This document shows positions 14,613-20,155 of a stretch of DNA of 20,155 nucleotides, in pieces. The notes under the pieces are model-generated. The model was given only the letters and a program-made list of their open reading frames with translations. It was not told the DNA's origin and did no database searches. The DNA is from an uncultured bacterium (lineage in GTDB: Bacteria > CAYUVA01). Location: the NCBI GenBank assembly GCA_964448115.1, contig CAYUVA010000018.1, positions 62,001-82,155 of the forward strand. Reading direction: 5' to 3'. Each line of letters opens with the position of its first letter. The first letter of the stretch is position 1. The translations under genes were made by a program, and so were the position numbers.

Positions 14613-16339
14613 TGGTGAGTAAAAAAAGAGAAATAATCGCACTTGTCCTCATATTATTTGCCAGTTTACTAGTGCGGCTGCACTTCAAGGATGTCCCGCT
14701 GGTGCGAGATGTTGGCATGTACGCATACATCGCACAGAACATAATAAAGGGTGATGTAATATATAAGGATCTCCCTGACACCAAGTTTCCGCTCACCTAT
14801 CTAACCTGGGCGGTTGTATTCGATTCTTGGGGAGACAGCTTCCAGGTCCTGCGTTGGCTGACCATAATCTGGGGGCTGGGTGCTGTTTTTTGTTTTTACC
14901 TTATTGCAAAGCAGATTTTTAAGGCACAAGCTTCTCTTATTGCAACGCTGATCTATGCGCTCTACAGCCCTATGCCCGCGATCCAGGGTTTCACCTCGCA
15001 GATAGAGAACTTCATGATATTGCCCTATATGCTCGGATGCCTGTTTTTCCTTCGTTTTATCAAAGGGGCTGGTAACCGTTGGGTTAACCTTGTCTTTGCC
15101 GGTTTCTTCAGCGGTATAGCCCTTGCATATAAGCAGGTAGCGATATTCCAGGCAGTTCTATTCATTGGCTGGCTTTTATACCAAGGTCTAAGACAGCGGG
15201 ATCCCCCGGTTCCCCCCATGCAACGCATGAAGCTTGCGCTTGGACAAATTATCTATAGGAGTTCAGCTCTGCTTGCAGGCTTTTGTGTTCCCTTGCTGCT
15301 CATGGCAGCCTATCTTGCCTCTAAGGGAGCATTCAGTGCTTTTTATTTCTGGACGATCAAGTTTGTCAGCGAATATGTCTCGGTAGATTACCGCATCAGC
15401 ATCATTGCCAGGTCGCTGACAAGCCTGCTGGATATTGCTTCATCTAATCCAGTGCTCTGGATCGCTGCCATTGCTGGGCTTATAATAAGCCTGTTCGGGC
15501 GCGGCAGCGCTTCTTTTGGGTTCTTGGCTTGGTGGGCAATAGGTTCCTACCTGGGGGTGCTATCCGGCGGCAAGTTCTTTGCTCACTACTATATCCAGGT
15601 AGTTCCCGCAATATGCTTGCTGGGCGTATATGCCTTTGTGGTTGTAATTGAAGGATGCGATGACCGGATACAAAGCTCCCAGCCGCTGAGGATACTCATT
15701 TACATGATGGCAATAGGGGGCGGTTTGTTGTTTTTCAATCACAATTATCATTACCTTGCCGAGACAAATCCTTATCAGCTCTCCCTACAGACGACTGGCA
15801 CGCATCAATACTACGAGGCAAAGGCTCTGGCTGATTATCTGCAAAGCAGGTTGAAGCCTGATGATAGCGTTTATGTCTGGGGATCCGAGTCATCGATATA
15901 CTTCTACCTAGGCACAAAGGCGCCGGTGAAGTATCACTTTCTAGCCATATTCCATTGGGGGGCGCCGCATGACCTATATGAAGACATTGTGCTTAACTTG
16001 ACCGAAAAAAAGCCCTTATATATCATCAAGATCCTTGAGCGCCCGCTGCCACCAAAGGCGGGGAGAAACCTGGAACAGATCCAAGGCAACCTGGCAGCAC
16101 AAGCAAATTGGTATAAAGGTGTATCAGTGAAACGAGATCAAATGCTTCAGTTGGCAGACAGTCACCCAGATACCGCGCTGCAAATCGATAACTTCAAATC
16201 CGAGCTTAGACGATTCAAGGCTACAGGTGACAAGGACAAGCGCATGAAGATCATATTCAACCGCATCGACAAGCTGCTCAAGGAGCACTACCGGGAGGAG
16301 TTGCGCATAAACTCGGCGATTCTTTATAAAAGAAGATGA
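14609..16339 (+). CDS. GT-C fold glycosyltransferase (GT39/ArnT-like), multi-pass membrane protein
   Basis: PLVRDVGMYAYIAQ..IKG.VIYKD..DTKFP, IENFM.LP, GIALAYKQ, FFAHYYIQVVP, DSVYVWGSESSIYFY. ATGA overlap with the upstream gene. Confidence 0.85.
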   Translation: MMVSKKREIIALVLILFASLLVRLHFKDVPLVRDVGMYAYIAQNIIKGDVIYKDLPDTKFPLTYLTWAVVFDSWGDSFQVLRWLTIIWGLGAVFCFYLIAKQIFKAQASLIATLIYALYSPMPAIQGFTSQIENFMILPYMLGCLFFLRFIKGAGNRWVNLVFAGFFSGIALAYKQVAIFQAVLFIGWLLYQGLRQRDPPVPPMQRMKLALGQIIYRSSALLAGFCVPLLLMAAYLASKGAFSAFYFWTIKFVSEYVSVDYRISIIARSLTSLLDIASSNPVLWIAAIAGLIISLFGRGSASFGFLAWWAIGSYLGVLSGGKFFAHYYIQVVPAICLLGVYAFVVVIEGCDDRIQSSQPLRILIYMMAIGGGLLFFNHNYHYLAETNPYQLSLQTTGTHQYYEAKALADYLQSRLKPDDSVYVWGSESSIYFYLGTKAPVKYHFLAIFHWGAPHDLYEDIVLNLTEKKPLYIIKILERPLPPKAGRNLEQIQGNLAAQANWYKGVSVKRDQMLQLADSHPDTALQIDNFKSELRRFKATGDKDKRMKIIFNRIDKLLKEHYREELRINSAILYKRR

Positions 16340-16375
16340 GCTACCAGCTTTATTCGCATCATTAGTCCAATTGGT

Positions 16376-19276
16376 TTACCCCAGCACCCTCTTAAGGTAC
16401 CTGCCGGTGTGGGAGCGAGGCTCGTTGGTTAACTTCTCCGGCGTGCCCTCTGCGATTATATATCCTCCCTCGTCTCCCCCTTCGGGACCTAAGTCGATTA
16501 TCCAGTCGGCGCATTTGATGACATCGAGGTTATGCTCGATTATGATCATCGTGTTTCCTTCATCCACCAGCCGGTTGAGCACCTTGAGCAGCTTGTCAAC
16601 ATCGGCGAAGTGCAATCCCGTGGTCGGCTCATCCAAGATATATAGGGTCCTTCCAGAGCTTCTCTTTTGCAGCTCCTTTGCCAGCTTGACCCGCTGCGCC
16701 TCTCCGCCGGAGAGGGTTGTCGCCGGCTGTCCCAGCTTTATATAATCGAGACCGACATCTTTAAGCGTCTCCAGTGATCGCCGAATTGGCGGTATGTTCT
16801 TGAAGTGCTGGTAAGCCTCGCTCACCTCCATATCGAGGATCTCAGAGATGTTTTTCCCCTTGTACTCGATCTCCAATGTCTCACGGTTGAACCTTTTTCC
16901 CTTGCATGACTCGCAGGTTATGTAAACATCGGGTAAGAACTGCATCTCAATGCGGATGACCCCAGCCCCATGGCACTTCTCGCATCTACCTCCCCGGACA
17001 TTGAAACTGAATCGCCCCGGCTTGTATCCGCGGGCATTGGCATCCGGCAAGCGCGAGAAGAGCCTGCGGATATGATCAAAGACCTTGGTATAGGTGGCTG
17101 GGTTGGAGCGAGGGGTTCTGCCGATGGGAGCTTGATCTATCTCGATCACCGCGTCGAAGTATTGTCTGCCGCATAGCTCATCGAAATCGCCCACCGAGGT
17201 GCGCGTTTTATAAAGCAGTCGCTGCATGGCTGGATAAAGGGTCTGGTTGATGAGCGAGCTTTTACCGGAGCCAGAGACCCCGGTCACACAGATAAGGGTG
17301 CCTACTGGTATGCGCAGGTTTATGCCCTTGAGGTTATTATGCCTGGCGCCTCTAAGTTCAAGCCAGCGGTCGCTTGGTCTTCTGCGCCTTTGGGGAACGG
17401 GGATCTCCGATCTCCCGGAGAGGTAGGCGCCGGTGATCGACCCCTTGTGAGCCTTGACCTTCTCTGGTGGAGCGCTGATCACGATCTCCCCTCCCCGATG
17501 CCCAGCGCCGGGCCCGAAGTCAACGATCCAGTCCGCGGAGCCAATGGTGTTAGGGTCGTGCTCAACGACTATGACCGTATTGCCCATATCTCTAAGCGAG
17601 GTGAGGGTCTCGATCAGGCGACTGTTATCCCGCTGGTGCAACCCGATGGTAGGCTCATCGAGGATGTACATCACCCCGACCAGCCCGCAGCCGACCTGAG
17701 ATGCCAGCCTGATGCGCTGCGATTCACCACCAGACAGGGTCGGGGCGGCGCGATCCAGGGTCAGGTAATGCAAACCGACATTGAGCAGAAATCCCAGTCT
17801 TCCCTTGATCTCCCTGAGCACCTCGCCGGCGATGGCTGATTGTCTTGGCCTAAGTCGCATATTGTTCAGTGTCTCCATGGCTTCTCTTACCGACATGGAG
17901 ACGAGATCGACTATGCTCTTTCCATCGATGAAGACATGCCTGCTCTCCTGGCGCAGCTTGGTTCCGTTGCACTCGCTGCAAGGTATATTTGACATGAAGC
18001 CCTGGTAATAGGAGCGCATCTGCTCCGAGGTGGTCTGGTGGAAAAGGCGCTCGATCTCGTGGATGACGCCGTTCAAGGGGCGCTCAAACTCCAGTTTACC
18101 GTTGCTGAAGTCCCACTGGTACTTGACCATCTGGTTAGTGCCATAAAGTATCAGGTTCTTCTGCTGCTCGCTCAGCTCCCTCCAGGGCACATCCAGGTCT
18201 ATATCGAATTGCCTGGCGATAGCCTTAACCGCCTTGGCTCGCCAGCTTCCACTCTTTTGAGCCAGTGATCCCCAAAATGCTACCGCTCCGTTGTTTATCG
18301 ACATCGATTCGTCCGGCACCACCAGCTTGGGATCCACCTGTAAGACTGAGCCTAGTCCATTACATGCCTGGCACATTCCGCTTGGGGAATTGAATGAGAA
18401 GTGCTGGGGAGTTAGCTCCTCGAAACCGATCCCGCACTTGGGACAGGCGTACTGCTCGCTGAAGAGCATCTGTTCTCCATCCAGAATGGAGACGAGCAGC
18501 TTACCCTCCGACTCCTCGAGCGCGGTCTCCACGGACTGGGTGAGCCTATTTTTGATACCATCCTTTATGATCAACCTATCAACCATCAGATCGATATCGT
18601 GTTTCCTCTTCTTGTCCAGCTCGATTTGCTCGGAGAGATCCACGATCCTGCCATTGATGCGCACGCGGACAAAGCCCTTCTGTCTTGCTTTATCGAAGAG
18701 ATCCTTATATTCACCCTTCCTTTGTTGCACCAGGGGGGCGAGAATAGAGATCTTTGTTCCATTAGGCAATGTCAGTATTCTATCCACCATGTCCTGCACG
18801 GTCTGGGCGCCGACCTTGCAGCCGCAAATATGGCAATATTGCTCTCCAGCCCGCGCGTAGAGAACCCGAAGATAGTCGTATATCTCGGTTACCGTGCCGA
18901 CGGTGGATCGCGGATTCTTGCTGGTCGATTTCTGCTCGATGGAGATGGCAGGGGAAAGCCCGCCGATATAGTCAACCGAAGGCTTCTCCATCTGCCCCAG
19001 GAACTGGCGGGCATAGGCGGAGAGGGACTCGACATATCTCCTTTGCCCCTCTGCATACAAAGTATCAAAGGCAAGGGATGTCTTGCCGGAGCCGGAGACC
19101 CCGGTGAAGACGATCAGTTTATTTCGGGGAATGGTGAGATCGATGTTCTTTAGGTTATGTTCCCTGGCGCCCTTGATTATTATGTTATCGAAGAAGCCAG
19201 CTTCCTTGGAGGGAGTGGAGATCTCATGAGCGATCTTTGCTTGAGATGTCGGGTTATTGGTTGCTTTTTGGGTCAT
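16376..19276 (-). CDS. uvrA: Excinuclease ABC subunit UvrA
   Basis: GAREHNLKN, Walker A motifs GVSGSGKTSLAFDT and GVSGSGKSSL, AEGQRRYVESLSAYARQFL, two LSGGE signature motifs and zinc-finger CxxC pairs. Confidence 0.99.
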   Translation of the reverse strand: MTQKATNNPTSQAKIAHEISTPSKEAGFFDNIIIKGAREHNLKNIDLTIPRNKLIVFTGVSGSGKTSLAFDTLYAEGQRRYVESLSAYARQFLGQMEKPSVDYIGGLSPAISIEQKSTSKNPRSTVGTVTEIYDYLRVLYARAGEQYCHICGCKVGAQTVQDMVDRILTLPNGTKISILAPLVQQRKGEYKDLFDKARQKGFVRVRINGRIVDLSEQIELDKKRKHDIDLMVDRLIIKDGIKNRLTQSVETALEESEGKLLVSILDGEQMLFSEQYACPKCGIGFEELTPQHFSFNSPSGMCQACNGLGSVLQVDPKLVVPDESMSINNGAVAFWGSLAQKSGSWRAKAVKAIARQFDIDLDVPWRELSEQQKNLILYGTNQMVKYQWDFSNGKLEFERPLNGVIHEIERLFHQTTSEQMRSYYQGFMSNIPCSECNGTKLRQESRHVFIDGKSIVDLVSMSVREAMETLNNMRLRPRQSAIAGEVLREIKGRLGFLLNVGLHYLTLDRAAPTLSGGESQRIRLASQVGCGLVGVMYILDEPTIGLHQRDNSRLIETLTSLRDMGNTVIVVEHDPNTIGSADWIVDFGPGAGHRGGEIVISAPPEKVKAHKGSITGAYLSGRSEIPVPQRRRRPSDRWLELRGARHNNLKGINLRIPVGTLICVTGVSGSGKSSLINQTLYPAMQRLLYKTRTSVGDFDELCGRQYFDAVIEIDQAPIGRTPRSNPATYTKVFDHIRRLFSRLPDANARGYKPGRFSFNVRGGRCEKCHGAGVIRIEMQFLPDVYITCESCKGKRFNRETLEIEYKGKNISEILDMEVSEAYQHFKNIPPIRRSLETLKDVGLDYIKLGQPATTLSGGEAQRVKLAKELQKRSSGRTLYILDEPTTGLHFADVDKLLKVLNRLVDEGNTMIIIEHNLDVIKCADWIIDLGPEGGDEGGYIIAEGTPEKLTNEPRSHTGRYLKRVLG

Positions 19277-19466
19277 AATACATTCGGATCTCTATTTTTC
19301 ATTATCATTTTGAGCCATATCAAGGATCGATAGCACATGCTGCTATGAAATTCCAGGAAGTATTCGGGCAGTTTTTTAAAAAATGTTCTTTTATAATGGC
19401 TAGTTGATCGTCAAATGGTCGCTTAAGGATATGTTAAAAGGATCGAAATTTGGGGCAAAAAAGTAC

Positions 19467-19495
19467 TTGACAAGCCTATCAAAAGGTACTATATT
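19467..19495 (+). promoter_or_regulatory. rRNA operon upstream promoter
   Basis: TTGACA, 17 bp spacer, TATATT, preceded by an A-tract. Confidence 0.8.
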
Positions 19496-19610
19496 GCTAA
19501 TTGAAAGGGGATTACTCACCCCTGATATCAGAGGTTACTTGACAACAGGGATAGTTGAAGGGGAAACTTACCGTCGGGAAAAAAAGTTTCCAAAAAGTGC
19601 AAAAAAGTAC

Positions 19611-19638
19611 TTGACAAACTTTTTCAGGTTGGTATAGT
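19611..19638 (+). promoter_or_regulatory. rRNA operon downstream promoter
   Basis: TTGACA, 16 bp spacer, TATAGT with extended -10 TG, and phased A-tracts upstream (UP-element-like). Confidence 0.82.
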
Positions 19639-19673
19639 TACTTTTCGCCTCTGATGATGGGGCATAATGAGAA

Positions 19674-19685
19674 TGATCTTTGAAA
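19674..19685 (+). promoter_or_regulatory. rRNA antitermination boxA
   Basis: TGATCTTTGAAA in the rRNA leader, about 90 nt before the 16S gene. Confidence 0.75.
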
Positions 19686-19776
19686 GTTGAATAAGAAGGC
19701 AAAGCAAGCGAGTCATGATCCATCGCGCAAGGGTCAACAAAGTTAAACCAAGCGAGTTAAGAAGTTTGAAGATACT

Positions 19777-20155
19777 CAATTGGAGAGTTTGATCCTGGCT
19801 CAGAACGAACGCTAGCGGCGTGCCTAATACATGCAAGTCGAACGAGATTTTGGCTTAAGGTTTACCTTCGGGTAATCCAGCGGTCAAGGTCTAGTGGCGA
19901 ACGGGTGAGTAACACGTAGGTAATCTATCCTGGAGTGGAGGATAACACCTGGAAACGGGTGCTAATACTGCATACTATGTAACGATACTTTCGTTGCATT
20001 AAAGGTGGCCTCTGTTTCAAGCTGCCGCTTTGGGAGGAGCCTGCGTCCCATTAGCTAGTTGGTGAGGTAACGGCTTACCAAGGCGACGATGGGTAGCCGG
20101 CCTGAGAGGGTGATCGGCCACACTGGAACTGAGACACGGTCCAGACTCCTACGGG
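19777..20155 (+). rRNA. rrs: 16S ribosomal RNA, 5' part (truncated at window end)
   Basis: AGAGTTTGATCCTGGCTCAG at 19784, ACATGCAAGTCGAACG, GGGTGAGTAACAC, TAGCTAGTTGGTGAGGTAA, ACTGAGACACGG and terminal ACTCCTACGGG. The 5' end is estimated from E. coli numbering. Confidence 0.99.

Noticed and set aside
16371..19153. Multiple plus-strand ORFs up to 189 aa opposite uvrA
   Set aside because: Antisense shadows of uvrA.
19404..19836. 77 aa and 70 aa ORFs in the rRNA promoter, leader and 16S start
   Set aside because: They overlap rRNA promoters or are antisense to the 16S gene, so they are spurious.

Overview
Bacterial chromosomal window, probably origin-proximal: it has a parS-like palindrome and the promoter region plus 5' end of a 16S rRNA gene. 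The lineage appears poorly characterised. The left 9 kb is a run of minus-strand genes: an MMPL/RND-type transporter (truncated by the window edge and absent from the ORF track), a sulfatase-fold lipoprotein, a DUF2207-like membrane protein, a Cys-less TlpA-like protein, hemC, a secreted caspase-family (C14) peptidase and a DsrL-like iron-sulfur flavoprotein. A 1.2 kb non-coding stretch follows (9075-10276). It holds a four-layer nested palindrome, short tandem repeats, three IHF-consensus sites about 100 bp apart and the parS-like site. Next come a minus-strand GT-C (GT39/ArnT-like) glycosyltransferase and a divergent operon (FN3 lipoprotein, periplasmic binding protein, second GT-C), then uvrA, tandem rRNA promoters, boxA and the partial 16S gene. 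The most notable items are the orphan DsrL-2-like gene, the nested palindromic element, the secreted caspase with a putative C-terminal sorting domain, and several envelope proteins with altered catalytic motifs. All family calls come from motif recognition by eye; no searches were run.
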